The translations under genes and the position numbers were made by a program. From the NCBI RefSeq assembly GCF_000150275.1, contig NW_002060946.1, positions 2,313,454-2,377,453 of the forward strand: 64,000 bases of DNA. The letters run 5' to 3'. Each line of letters begins with the position of its first letter. Position 1 is the stretch's first letter. This DNA is from Trichoplax adhaerens. Its lineage: Eukaryota > Animalia > Placozoa. Shown piece by piece: positions 40,126 through 53,300 of this stretch. The notes under the pieces were generated by a model, which saw only the letters and a list, made by a program, of their open reading frames with translations, ran no database searches and was not told the DNA's origin.

Positions 40126-41212
40126 TACTGTTTACCTATTGAAAGTATATGTACGAAATTACGAATATATTTTATACCTCAATTGAAATTACATTGCCTA
40201 TTTTATTGGATCATTTTTAAACTATGCCTTATTAGCTCTATCTTTCAGTTTCATTTTATATCCATAAGATCAAAGTCTATAACGCTCAGTTATCCATCTC
40301 ATCGGTAATAGTACTTGTATGCTGGAGAACAACTCTATGCTGTACACTAACACAATCGTTTAATCTAGCGTAGTATTAGCAACAAATATTATCGTGATCC
40401 CATGTCCAGGCAACATCATCACCATACTATATAGATGATGGCTTCTAGGCACATCATATAAGTAGCTGGTGAATTATACAGTGCAAATAAAGTGTCAACG
40501 TGAAACTTATATGGAAACGAGGATTATACAATACGCTACTGTAAGCTCTAGTGTCAGTATAGTGTACAATAATATAGAAAAGATTACCCAGAATTCTACA
40601 CTGTCGTATCTTAGCAACGGTAACATCGCTCGGAATATCTTCAAATGAAACTACTACAGCGTTGCGTAGATTTATTACTATCGTAATAGAGAGAACTTGA
40701 AGGGATTTACTGTTGTAGTTGAATATTGTAAGGAATACAGTAAACACATTATCAGCCTTAGAAAACTTTAAACTGAAAGTGACTGCCAACAACATGGAGT
40801 ACGAATAATTCAAAAATCTGTTAATTTTGTGTCTCACAGTATGTACTGTTATACCTTTCAAGACATACAGTAGAATAGAATTAGTTAAGTTTATTTAAAT
40901 CGTTTACTACTGATTCTGTAAAACTAAATTTTCGTATGATATGAGTAACTTTTAAGGATAACTATCGAAATAATATTATTTATCAATTTTTTGAGTAACT
41001 ACGCGTTCTCCAAGGATATTGATATGGTAGAACTACAATATCATTGAATGAATATTAATTTATTATATAGTGCATAGTAAGATTAGCGCTACTGTCTACC
41101 GATATAGATAACAATCAAGAGCAATTAAGTTAATATAAATTGATAACTATTGAGATTTCCTGGCGATTTCAAAATAAATTTTGAAATCTGACATAACTAC
41201 AATAAACTCACA

Positions 41213-42575
41213 ATGACTACTAAAGACACCTTACATGGCCATTGGGTAAGAAAGATTAATTATCCTTTCATATAAACTATAATTTTCAATATCAATATAA
41301 TGTAATAAACACCCATCAAATATGATATGCATTAATTATATTATTTTAATCTAATATTATTACATTTACAGCACCCGCGCAGACATTTTACTAAAATCGC
41401 AGCTAATAATTGGAATGATCGCTTTCGTCATATAGCAAAACCCCCACCACCAGTAAAATTTGCTCAGCGATCGGAGGTAACAACAATTGTTATACCATTG
41501 ATAGAAAAATGTAATGTATTTTTGATCAACTGTTTTAGCGACGTACTTTGTTCTTCTGAAGTATGCTTACTTGTGATGATACTTTCACTCTAGAATAGTA
41601 TCCATTCCGACTGTAATAGCTAGCTAGCCATAGACCCTAGATAAATATTACAGTGATACCTTAGCTTACATTCTAACAACAGATAATTTATGGCCCCGGC
41701 AATGTATGCCTCTTTATCGTTTGATCGAATAAGATATTTTAATTTGATCCAAATAAACCATATTTCTGTTCTAACAAAGTGCACCAATTTCTATGCAATA
41801 AAATTACAAGCTTTTGTTGTAAATACACCACACTTTCGTAATATAACTTGCATGTCTTCCGATCTGAAGTAAGATAGTAAAATAATAAAACTGATATAGA
41901 CTGGCTTACAGTTTATTTAAGTCTTTCACTATTCCACAATAGGAGGTGCGGCAACATCGGTTCTCGTTACACGATAACAGACATACATTTTCCAAGGAAG
42001 GAGCATATTTTGAAACGGTAATGTAACTTAAAACCTGTATAATACTATTTAATAATATTGCCATAAATAAGTACCCATACATAGTAACCCTAACAGTACA
42101 ATCTTTGGTTATTGTATGAAGCTAAGTTTTAATCATTTAGTACTTTAATATTAATCTTGCAATTTCTTTTATTCAGGCATTAGGTAAAAAGAAATCTACT
42201 ACCGGGACTCAGTTTACTTCAACTCGTAATCTAATCAGCTGGCATGGGAATAACACTGATGGTTCTTTACTGTCAACATATCGATCAGCATATCGTAACG
42301 GGACCGAAAATCCAGCATTAGATGTATGCACGCAGTTTATTAAATCTCAAAAGGCCGCAAAATTGAAACCACAAACCCAAACTCAGTCGGATTATTCGTG
42401 CGATCCATCAACGATGGCATTAAATCATCATGCAATCAGTAGACCAACAACTTCATTTCAACCTCAGAAAAGGCGATTAACTAGAAGACCACAGAGTGCA
42501 ATGTCACTTTGCAGGAGAGACACCTCTAATTTATTAAAGTGGGATATCAATTCTGAAAAGTCTCGTGAAACATGA
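41213..42575 (+). CDS. C3orf84: HDNR-motif ciliary microtubule inner protein, C3orf84/CIMIP7-like
   Basis: Four exons give MTTKDTLHGHW-APAQTF..DRFRHIAKPPPPVKFAQRSE-EVRQHRFSLHDNRHTFSKEGAYFET-ALGKKK..NLISW..LLSTYRSAYR..TSNLLKW. This matches the AKP.PP..F.QR / FS.HDNR / G.G.+K / terminal L.W signature of C3orf84. Confidence 0.85.
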
Positions 42576-42784
42576 CAAAAATGCTACAATATCAAAGTTT
42601 TACATTTAAATGATTGCTTAAATTAACCAAATATCTAGCCTATAAACTATAACAGTTTTGACAATCTGATTTTGTTTGACTTTGAGAAATTATAATTAGA
42701 AACAATAAGTTAATCTTACAAGACTATGCAATTTTACGACATAAGTATATTGCTTTCTTCTTGTACTGTATATACTCGTATACG

Positions 42785-42811
42785 TATATATATATATATA
42801 TATATATATAT
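42785..42811. repeat. (TA)n microsatellite
   Basis: About 13 TA units. Shorter (TA)n runs occur at ~60206-60221 and ~63706-63723. Confidence 0.9.
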
Positions 42812-43411
42812 GTTACTGAAATCTCTAAGCCATACCGTAATTCAAATTTCTATTCTAAATAATGGTATATGTCACTGACTTTCGGCTTGTGGTCATCAAA
42901 AATTGTTATGACCACTTTCATTTGAATTTTAGAAAAAAGGTATTTCATTAGTAGGGATTATCAATATCAGGTCATTTAAACATGATAAATACCTATGCAT
43001 ATCTCTATTTCAAAGGTTATATCTGATATAATAGTAATAATTACAAGCAGGTGTCTGTTTAACATTTACATCCGCCTATCTATATAGTAAGTTCGAATAT
43101 CCTACAATCGTCGACTATAGCAAATCTGTCCAAATTCAGCGCAATTAACTCAAATACTGAAAATAAATACATTGTCCAATCATAATTTATTTAAAAAATT
43201 TAACCTAAGCCTCAATAAGCATATTAGTTATTAAGTAGCAATCACATGGATGACTCTCTTGCAAAAACAGATCTTAATATATTGATCAATAAAGCCAAAC
43301 AGAATAAAGCTAACAGTAGTTTATAATCACAAAGTAAAATAACTGAGTTTAGGGTTTGACAAATCATCTAAAGTTACTAGTAATCTATTTACAGCATTAC
43401 TCAATAGCAAA

Positions 43412-45359
43412 TTAACATTTAGGCTTTAACATAACAGTCAAAGCGATGGTATTTTTACCTATGACTAGTGTATAGCTTTGTCCGGCAGCGATTAGACGAA
43501 CATCATTTTCCTTCATTGCCATCGTCAAATTTGCGGTTGTTAAGGTAGCATGTGATCCTGTATCCATTAATGATATCATCGTCAAAGTAATTTCATAAGT
43601 AAATACTATAATCTTTAACATTTAAATTGCTATTTCAGTACATTTTACAAGGACATGGACTTTAAAATAAATAACTTAAAAGCGCTGTAGTTCAGTTACC
43701 TTCGTAAATCCAAATCCATATTTCTTCGCTACTACTACCACATTTGACAGTGCAATTTGTAGCTATACGCAACTGGCATTCTGTTTCACTGAACAACATT
43801 AGCTCATTCTGCTTATTTACAGTATTGCGGTTATTATCAATCCATTCTTTAAGTGAAAAAGGTTCCTTCACTGTAGTTTCTTCATCTGGGTGAAAAACTG
43901 GATCCTGTATTATCGAATCTATATTTGTAATTGTTCCGTAATAATAAACATAACATTCAAGATATTGAATCGATACCAAAATTGGATTAAAAAAATTAGA
44001 ATACTCGTATTAAGGCGATGCAGTTCTCTTACTATAAGCACCCATCACTAACCGGAAATGTGCTGCTCTAATACTTAAATCTACGGCCTAAGCTTATGTA
44101 ATAAGCCCTACACCATAGTTAATTCTCTAACTTATACAGTATGCAAATGCCACCACAAAATACAGTAGATGCTTACTCCATCCTTGATCTGGATGATATT
44201 TATTACAGGAGATTTGGTATAAAATTTGTGTGCAGCAATGCCTACAGGTATGGTACGCAAGAGATTTTTGCTTTCTACAGTACATAAGATAGAGGTTAAA
44301 AGAAGATCCTTCGACCTCTCTATCAAGGTACAAATTCCTATCATGCAAAGTATGCATTCGATGTTTACAGAAAAATGTTGTAGGTCAAGATTTTACGATT
44401 GCTTTACAAAATAAATCAATACACACTCTTTCCAGGTTTTCCAGTTTTGTATTCTTCTGATGCAAAGTATTCCTTAATTATTGGAGCTAACTGACAGCCA
44501 AGATCTTCACAATGAAACCATCTTTCGTATAGAATATTGTTATGCGAGTTACCATCCTCACAGTAATATCGTAAACAATCCATTTCATGCATACGTCGTT
44601 CGCGTTCAATAACAAGGCCAACAGTACTTTCAAGTCGTTGTGGTGAATGAGGAATCTTGCGAGGTAGTAAGAATATCTGACCTTCCTTTATGGGAATAGA
44701 TTTGAACTTACCTTTCTCTATAATGTTCAAACACATGTCTCCTGCAGTAATTAAAGTAAAATGTAAGTGCAGTATGAGCGATTTTCACCAATATTTATAA
44801 TAAAAGCAATACAGTACATTATCATTTAAGCACAATAGATTACACGATTTGGTTTAGTTGATCAGCTTTGCACTCTATAAGCTCTGCACAAATTTGATTA
44901 AGCCTATCTACATGAACTTTTGCTGTATGATGTAGGAAAATATTTGTCTAGCTACACCTATGATTGATGGAAATTAGTACATAGCAATCAAAGTGTACAG
45001 TAGCATAGAGCTGATCAATTCAATCACGTACTGCATCAAGTTTAAGTTTAATAACGCAAAATACTACTGCATTCTGTGCACTTGTAACAGTCATACCAAG
45101 TTCTTAGTATTGTAATCAAGCAAGTCAATCAAATTTTAACACAGTAACTATAAAATGGCGTGCAGACATTGCTACCTCGAATCATGTAGAATAGCTCTTC
45201 GCCTTCTTCAAGATGGTAATCTTTTCGGTTATTTGGTCCACCCACAAACATAATCTTGAGTTGACCGGCACCGAACAACAATTTATTACAGACAGGAGGC
45301 TTAAACGAGGATTCATTCTCATCTATCCACTTTGTAAGAGCAATGGTTTGGCCGGCCAT
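43412..45359 (-). CDS. HAAO: 3-hydroxyanthranilate 3,4-dioxygenase (two-domain animal type)
   Basis: Four exons: WIDENESSFKPPVCNKLL..KIMFVGGPNNRKDYHLEEGEELFY, IPIKEGQIFLLPRKIPHSPQR..GLVIERER, LYERWFHCEDLGCQL, plus a C-terminal domain (EPFSLKEWID..WIWIYEGSHATL..). Confidence 0.96.
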
Positions 45360-45399
45360 ACTCTATTTTTTAAAATGGAAAAAAATTTTCCAGACTGAA

Positions 45400-45555
45400 G
45401 TATGGAACAACTTTTTACTACAGTTAATGTGTATGGTACAGCGTTCACTACGGTATTTGAATACTGTACACTACTGTATTGTACAAGTGGGTCCGTAGTG
45501 TACAGTACTGTATAGTACGGTATACTATACAGGGTACCCTGTACAGTATAAGAGT
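45400..45555. promoter_or_regulatory. HAAO proximal promoter: dense TACAGTA/TACTGTA/TACGGTA palindromic cluster
   Basis: More than 10 motif copies in 150 bp, including the palindromes TACAGTACTGTA and TACAGGGTACCCTGTA, immediately upstream of the HAAO ATG. Confidence 0.55.
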
Positions 45556-45781
45556 TAATAAACAACTGATATTATGTTCCCTAAAATATCAACATTTCAT
45601 CGCTAGTAAGGCAGAATGACTACATTAGCAGCCATTTTTACTTGTCATATATTAGATCACTGTTAATACAGAGAGTTGGTTTTCCATATCTATGACTGTT
45701 ACTACTGTATAAATACTTTTCGATTAATATTGTTATATTATATGACAGTTAATCAACACAGTACTGATATTACGTTTAATA

Positions 45782-46363
45782 GAATACCAGCAGCATTTCA
45801 TAACTAGTAAAATTGAAGTAGCAATGATTACTGTATGATGATAATTACATATGATTGCTGTTGTCAACTTTACTGATGTACTCGATGCATTATCATGTTC
45901 AGTTCTTGCTGAGAATAGACAACTGTTAAGATTTAAACTTTATTCAGCATCTCTTGATGGTTATCTATACTTCTTCATGTTTACCCTGAGTAGAACAGAT
46001 GCATTTCTGCATCCGAACCTCCTCTTACAATGAAATAGGACATTATAGGCATGCTATATGTAGAGTGCAATCCCTGAATACCAGCATTTCATAACTAGTA
46101 AAATTGAAGTAGCAATCATTACTGTATTATGATTATGACTTATGATTGCTGTTGTCAACATTGCTGATATACTCGATGCATTATCATGTTCAGTCCTTGC
46201 TGAGAATAGACAACTGTTAAGATTTTAACTTTACTCAGCATCTCTTGATGGTTATTTATACTGCTTCATGTTTACCCTGAGTAGAACAGACTGCATCCGA
46301 GCCTTTTCTCACAATGAAACAGGACATTATAGACATTCTACTGCATATGTAGAGTGCAATCCT
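45782..46363. repeat. Tandem duplication, 2 x ~290 bp, in the HAAO/MRPL42 divergent intergenic region
   Basis: GAATACCAGCA..TTTCATAACTAGTAAAATTGAAGTAGCAAT ... ATGTAGAGTGCAATCC starts at 45782 and again at 46076, with high identity. Confidence 0.92.
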
Positions 46364-46721
46364 AATATGATGAGCCAGATCCGTTATAGTTATTGAGGTA
46401 GCAAGATGGACAGGATTGGACCAATGACGAACTGTCATAACTGGAATCACGTATAGACGTACAGACGTACAGACGGTAGCGAATTTCTTTCACAAGTCTA
46501 CAGTGTGTACAGCCTCACGGACTACAAGTGTCCTGTAGAGTACGTCTCTCTCTCGGTAATAATTAACGGGTGTTTTAGTAGTTCCTGATGGGCTGATTGC
46601 GTACACTCATACTATTTTAGGATGTAGCCATGGACTCATAGTCTTTTAAGAGGGTACAGCAGTCCGGCCATCCACCTCCCTGACCACTTTCAGGAGGAAG
46701 AGGAAACGGTTGCAACTTAGC

Positions 46722-47924
46722 ATGGCTGCGTCCTCATCACTTAACGCGATGCGGTTATGGTTGGATAGAAATATTCTCACAAAGAGTATGGAAATCAAAT
46801 CTGTTTTATTAATGCATTGTACTGCTATTAATAAGAATGATGCATGTTATTAATCTCCTTATTCTACAATGCAACTACTTTAGTATGGTATCGTGGTAAA
46901 TATACGACTGCTACCAATAGACTTGTGCAACGTTTTAAAGCAGAGCCAAAGTTGATCAAAGCCAACAGAAATGAACGGTAGCTAGACATACAATAACCAA
47001 TTTTATTATCTTTCAATCAATATGAATAATTATTTAGAATCGACTGATTTCTATGTCATCTTTTTTTTTTAGCTATCAGGCTATAACTTCCGATGGTAGA
47101 ATATTTGTTTGCTATCATCCTGATAAGAAATTTCCTATTGAATATACTAAGGTAAACGGACGCCTCCAGCTGGTTGATAATCTGGTTGAACTAATCTCTT
47201 CAGATACATTATTTTCTATAAATGAATTACTTTGGTTCCTTAAATTAGTCACTTCAAAAACTGAACGACCCATGGGAGAATATGAACGATACTATGACGA
47301 AGGCTCAGGTATGTTTCGTAACTTGAAGAGGATTTAATGCCTACGTTTAGAACATGCTTGCATTGATGTTCTGCTAAAGTATTTGTTAGTATACTAGAAT
47401 CCGTCACATTGTAATACCTGATAACGTATGAGTGCTTTTTAATATCCCTACGCTTGCTATAGATCCAGGAATCACTGCGACTTAAAGCTGATGAACCGGG
47501 AATTTGGGGGAGTAAATTGCTTGGCCGATTGTTTAATATTAAACCATCCGCGGTCAGGTAGGTCATTGAATCACCTTAAACGATAGGATTAATTATAAAT
47601 CCAATAGAACTGATTTTAAGTTGATTTAAGTTTATTATGCGAAAATATTCACAACTTTAGGGAACATGTTCGATTAACCAAAGAACAAAGGAAAACTCTA
47701 GAACAAGAAAATAAAGCCTTAAAATTTTTTCGCCCACATAAGAGGAGATTGTACAGAAGGTTGCTGCATCTAGTAAGCCAATGCAAATTTTTATACGACA
47801 GAATAGCAAATAAGTTTGCAATATCTTATAGCTAAATCGATATATTTACGTTTTGTAAATTTAGCACCGGCGTAAACGATTAGAAGAGGAAGCTGAAAAA
47901 TTGAAATTTACGGGTCAACAATAA
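46722..47924 (+). CDS. MRPL42: Mitoribosomal large-subunit protein mL42-like, with an mL58/neugrin-like C-terminal HTH region
   Basis: Seven exons in consistent phase. Arg/Ser-rich presequence MAASSSLNAMRLWL; AITSDGRIFVCYHPDKKFPIEYTK (mL42 motif TSDG.TIVCYHP...PYEHTK); then TKAQIQESLRLKADEPGIWGSKLLGRLFNIKPSAVR..RRLYRR..HRRKRLEEE..GQQ*. Confidence 0.8.
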
Positions 47925-49118
47925 ATTCTATATATGATTAATACAGTACTTGCATCACATATCCAAAAGCACTTAAGCCTGTTATAAAACTACCGTAAAT
48001 CTATTTATTATCCTGAATCATTCAAGATAATCCTGTTAAATGATAGTACGCAAGTAGTGAATCACTGTTTGCTTATTCAAAGTCGGAGAATTACAATTTG
48101 AATGTTAGTTCTAAAACTGTATTATTGTACCATTCTTATTATTTAAGCTAGAAAATTACCAATATGCTGCTTTGTTTCCAGAATCGAAATTTAACCTTGT
48201 TAAAAAAACGGCCGAGTACGTGAAATAGTACACTTTCTACTTGCAAATAATAGAAACTGTAACAACGCCAAGATATATCTATCTTCTAATGTCAAGAAAA
48301 ATACATTATTTTCAATCTTATCAAATTCATTGTGGAAATTTTCAATCTCTGCGTGTATCATTAATAATAAGATCGTATCATAGCGTATGCAGCCTTTAAG
48401 TATCTCTAATCCTGCCTTGCACCGAGAAAATTGTTAGCTTTGCAATACAGTTCATGAAGTGTAAGATCCCTGTTTCGGTTCATAGCGAAGGAAAAAAGAT
48501 TTTCACCTTATCCATTTAGTGTACTAAACAAAAGCTTATTGCATAGAGGTATGCATGTGCAGCTACTCATATATCTTAGTTTGTTGTATGAGTTGTAGGT
48601 ACTACTTCATGTAACGAGGAGCAGGTGTTAATTTAAATACCTAGTATAAAATATCCTGCGTATGAGATATCAATTTTGCCATTTATGACCAGCTGAAATT
48701 CGTAGTTCAATTAGGACCACTCATGCAAGAAATGGGGGAAGTAAAGTAATTTTATTCAATTGATACCATAATAAGATTCAACGTTTATTATACTATACTT
48801 TCACAAAGGGTAGTGGTCTTAATTGACACAAATCAGTGTAAGATCAAGATCTAAGCGCAAAGATAGACTACTGAGGTATATTCTAATCCAGCAACAGGTT
48901 AGAGGATAAACTATGTGCAAGCTCATAATACGAAGTTTTCCCGGATTTGTAGTACTTATTAATAACCAGCATTTACGTATATAGCGCAATAACTTATCGG
49001 TAGTCAATCTATGTTGTATAGTTGCAAACGGCTGCTACCGTCGTGAGTTATAATAGCAAGGGCTTTGTACGCGAGGGTGCTTAGTGCTCACTCTTGCTTA
49101 CTGAGCATTTGTTCGTAC

Positions 49119-49857
49119 ATTGAGATAAAAGGAAATTTCCCTTTACTTCCAGGGTTGGGTACGCTGTATCTTGGACTACTAGTTTAGATGCACCTAGTAC
49201 CCGTATGTCTGTAGGAGCTCTTTGCTTAGTTTATTCATTGAGCTGTCTTCAGCGCTGCATCCAATGACTTATTATTCAGTCAGTCATTGCAACTTTTCAG
49301 TCCTTTTACTCATCGAGGTAAAAGGAAATTTTTCATTTCACTTCTAGGGTTGGGTATGCTGTATCATGGACTTCTGCTTTAGATGCACTTAGTAGTCCAT
49401 GGCTGTAGGAGCTCTGCTTGGTTCATTCATAGAGCTGCCTTCGCACCGCCTGCAGTGAGTTATTATCCACGCAATCATTGCAGCTTTCACTTCTTTTACT
49501 GTAGACATATGGAGAAAGCTTTACTACGATTAAGCACATCGAGGTAAAAGAGAATTTTTCACTTCATTTCTAGGGTAAAGTACGTATGTTGTATCAATGC
49601 ATGGACTACTACTTCAGATGCACCTAGTAGTCAATGGCTGTAGGCGGTTTACTTGGTTTGCGCGTGGAGCTGCCTTCACCACCGTCTACTATGAGTTATT
49701 ATCCACGCAATTATTACAACTTTCAGTCCTTTTACTGTGGATATATAGAGAAAGCTTACTGCGATTAAGCACATCGAGATAAAAGGAAATTTTTCCCTTT
49801 GAATCATAGCCTACTACTGCCAATGCACTTAGTCGTCCATGGCTGTAGGATCTCTTT
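49119..49857. repeat. Degenerate tandem array, ~3.5 copies of 190-235 bp
   Basis: AT(C/T)GAG(G/A)TAAAAGGAAATTT at 49119, 49312, 49537 and 49772, followed by variants of ACTTCTAGGGT..GCTGTATCATGGACTACT..AGATGCAC(C/T)TAGTAGTCCATGGCTGTAGGA. Confidence 0.9.
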
Positions 49858-49929
49858 TACAGGCTAAAAAAGAAGGGAGCTCATCCAATCCAGCAGGATA
49901 GCGATCGGACGGACTGAACACTAGACGAA

Positions 49930-50020
49930 GCCGGTGTAACTAAGTAACAATTGTATACGACCCACTGTACGAGCCCATTGTGCTGTTGCCATTGTTACCA
50001 CATCTCCTAACAACAAATGA
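49930..50020 (+). promoter_or_regulatory. Candidate RFX X-boxes upstream of the C3orf20-like gene
   Basis: GTAACTAAGTAAC (49936-49948) fits GTNRCY-N-RGYAAC. Further degenerate boxes GTTGCCATTGTTAC (49985) and ATCTCCTAACAAC (50002). Confidence 0.5.
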
Positions 50021-50369
50021 CGCCTGTGTAAATCAAAACCATCCTTAATCTCCCATGTAATAGTCATCAAGATCTACTGACATAATCGATGATCTTAAAA
50101 GTTGATTCCATTAATAATTGTTAAGAGAAATAGAAGAGAGTCATCGTTGAACGAATTTGTAATCGTGATGATTGTACCGGTAGATACAAGCTGCCACCGT
50201 GAACAAGTTTATCAGTAGGATCTTGTCTGCTGGTATTTATCCCATGACGTCTGTACAAGATCGGACCTATCAATAATAATAATCATATCTCAAGATAATC
50301 ATCATAGAAACAGCTACTTTTGGAATTTTCTAAAGGCTTTCACTTATACTGTGGTAGAGATCGATTAAA

Positions 50370-53300
50370 ATGGGCGATAAAACAATTTATTTTTTCGATC
50401 AGATCGATCCAAGAAAGGATAGAATTCGCCAACGGAAATCTACAGTCGATTTGCCTCCATCATTACGACAAGGCTATGCTAGAGCAGCAGAATTAATTAA
50501 AAGAGCCCAAATTAATCAGGCTAGTGTGCATTCTAGTGGTGATAATAATAATCAAAGTAGTCCAAGTAAAGAAATTAATAAAGCGCCGACTGAAGACACG
50601 AGTAAACCTACAAACGAAGTCAAGGGCAACGATTGGCGAACCTCTAAGGGTTACTTTACTGGCGAGAATGGTCTTAAATTTGCAGAATTACCAGTTATAC
50701 CCACTGAGCAATACGTTCAGGTTGGCCTTGCTAATAAAAATGAAAAGTACGATCTTAGAAATATTGAAGAAGAAGATACTCAACGATTTCTATTAGAAGA
50801 AGCTAAATTTGCTTTTCCCGGTGTCTTAGTCCAAATTAGTAAATTATTAAATCTTTTCCATGATCAGAATATCATTATTCAGATTCCTGATGATTTAAGA
50901 AAGCAACTCTTCTATACATTTAATCAGTTATCTAAAGATGCAGTTTATAGTAAGAGGGAATGGCAAACGGCAATCTATCGAGATCTAGCTCTTGGACAGA
51001 AAGAAGAAGCCGAAAATGCTAAAGAAGCAGAATCCCATGGTAAAAAGCGGTCTAAAGCTAAATATTCACGCCAATCACGAATCAACTCTGAAGATAGTAC
51101 TAAAGATGACAAAAATAAAGAAGTACTAAAATCATCTCTTGTGACCAATAATACTAATAACAATAATATTAATCGCAAATCGATGAAAGATAATGAAGGT
51201 AGTCCCAAAACGGTCACTATTTCGGATCGAGGCACTAGATTATCTACAACTCGAGATAGAACACGATGTAAGTGAAGAGTATTATTCCGACTTGTTCAAT
51301 GCATAGCGTAAATACTTGAAGTAACGATTGTTAAGAATTTTCGTTTGCTAACTAGTTGCATTCTGTAACTATATCATTATTATCTCTTTATCGTCGATTT
51401 TAATCTGTTTTGGTATTGACATTATATTATACTCCAACAGTCGAATTTGTCGATCTATTTCCTTACGTATCCCTTATCTAGCCAGATTACAATTGATTGA
51501 AAAATTTAGACTATATTTAATTTCCATTAAAAGTGAATTAACCCTTTGCATTGAATGATGAATTCCTTTATTAAATATTGCTGTTATCGAAATGCATAAT
51601 TATTTTTCAAAATGCTATCAAAGATCGATATACTATTAGGCCAATGCATTCTACTGTAATTGCTTAAATTTAAATCAGAATTGTAATTATTTTCAATATA
51701 TTCCCGAAAAATTAATATACTAATAGCTAGTTAAATTGAAATAGTTCAAATACATATTACAATCTCTAGCATTATTTCAAGATACCGTTAAAATGATTGA
51801 CATATCGTAAAGTTAGTTTAGCTGAAAAAGTGTTAAATTTACATTGGAACACAATATTGTAAGTATCGTATTTTTTCACAGCATTCTGTTTAAATTACTG
51901 CAATTGTGAAAATATATTTTATACCGTGTAACCATTTACAAAATCTTTTCATTTATGGGCATTTAAGTGTATTATCATCGATTAGAATTAGGGTAGATCA
52001 CTTTTTCTAATTACTATACTTAGTATATTGATACAGGCTAATAATGATGCATTTTGTAAAGATATTATCTAATATTAAGACAATCGTTAAATTAAAACTA
52101 CTTAGATAACAGTTTATGATGTTTTTACTATTACTTGAATAAAATTAATTGCTTGTTCATGTTATTTCCTATTAAGCGTTTGGAAATAAGCCTGACTATC
52201 GAAGAATTGCTACTAGTGGTGGTCGACCATTGCCTAGAATGATTGGAGAAGAAGCAGAATCTGAAGGTAGTAAACAAATTTTGATCGTACTTCTTGATAC
52301 TTTGGCTTTAATGAGTAAGCAATCGACCAAGTTAATGAATAAAAAAAAATTGCTATGCTTTACTTTATACTAAATATTTTCAATTAGCGGGCCACGGAAG
52401 TATCACAATAGCCACCAATAACGTTATTTACTTTTCAATGCAGTCAAGATGGTGCCATGAGAATGGTAATATATAAAATGAAATAGCAAGACTAATCATA
52501 TTATGAACGCAATCAGAGTAATATATGGTAATGAGATTGCTTTCTGAAACAGTTCGCTTTCATTTTATTTACCCACGATAGGATGGATTCAATATTCCAA
52601 TATTAAAGGAAAAGAACCAGAACAAGAAAGTGTAGCAGAATGGCTGAAAGCTCGCTTAACTCGCATGATAAATCAAAGGTATGACGACTTAGTTAAATGT
52701 TATGCTTTTAAGTAAATAATCGCCGGTTATATCTGTTATTGCTATAATAATTATTATGTATGACTGGTTGTACTTATTCTATATAAGAAATCAAATGTTG
52801 GATGGAGCAAAAGCTCGTGGAGAAGATGGACCATTCGCTATTCGCTTTTATGGCGAAGCTCGCGATCGAGCTTTGCTTCGATTAGGAAGGCCAACTAAAC
52901 GAAAGATACTTGAAGAAAACAAACGTCAAAAATTTTGGACAAGATTGCCAGACGGATGTCAAACTGCATTGTATCCAAACTATTACTTCTAATAACATCT
53001 ATTGGAAATATAGTATATTGAATTTCATCATTTTAATATAAAAAATCAATTAATTAGCAAGGTATGCCTGTGACCAAATTTTTTAAATTTATATCATTTC
53101 CGGTTTCATTATATAGTATGACCGTATACAAGTATTTATGATAGATACATTTTTCAGAAATTTGTTTCATATAATTCTGTTCTCTAGTATGCTAGTTCTA
53201 TACTTTAACTATCTTTATGGAAGAATAACTCTAATGCAATTTTTAGTTCCTAAAGTTATTTTATTGTAGTAAACAGTATTTATCATCTCGAGCAATTTTA

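Noticed and set aside
40454-40861. 135-aa minus-strand ORF
   Set aside because: TTG start, no recognisable motif, composition typical of AT-rich non-coding DNA, no supporting exon chain.
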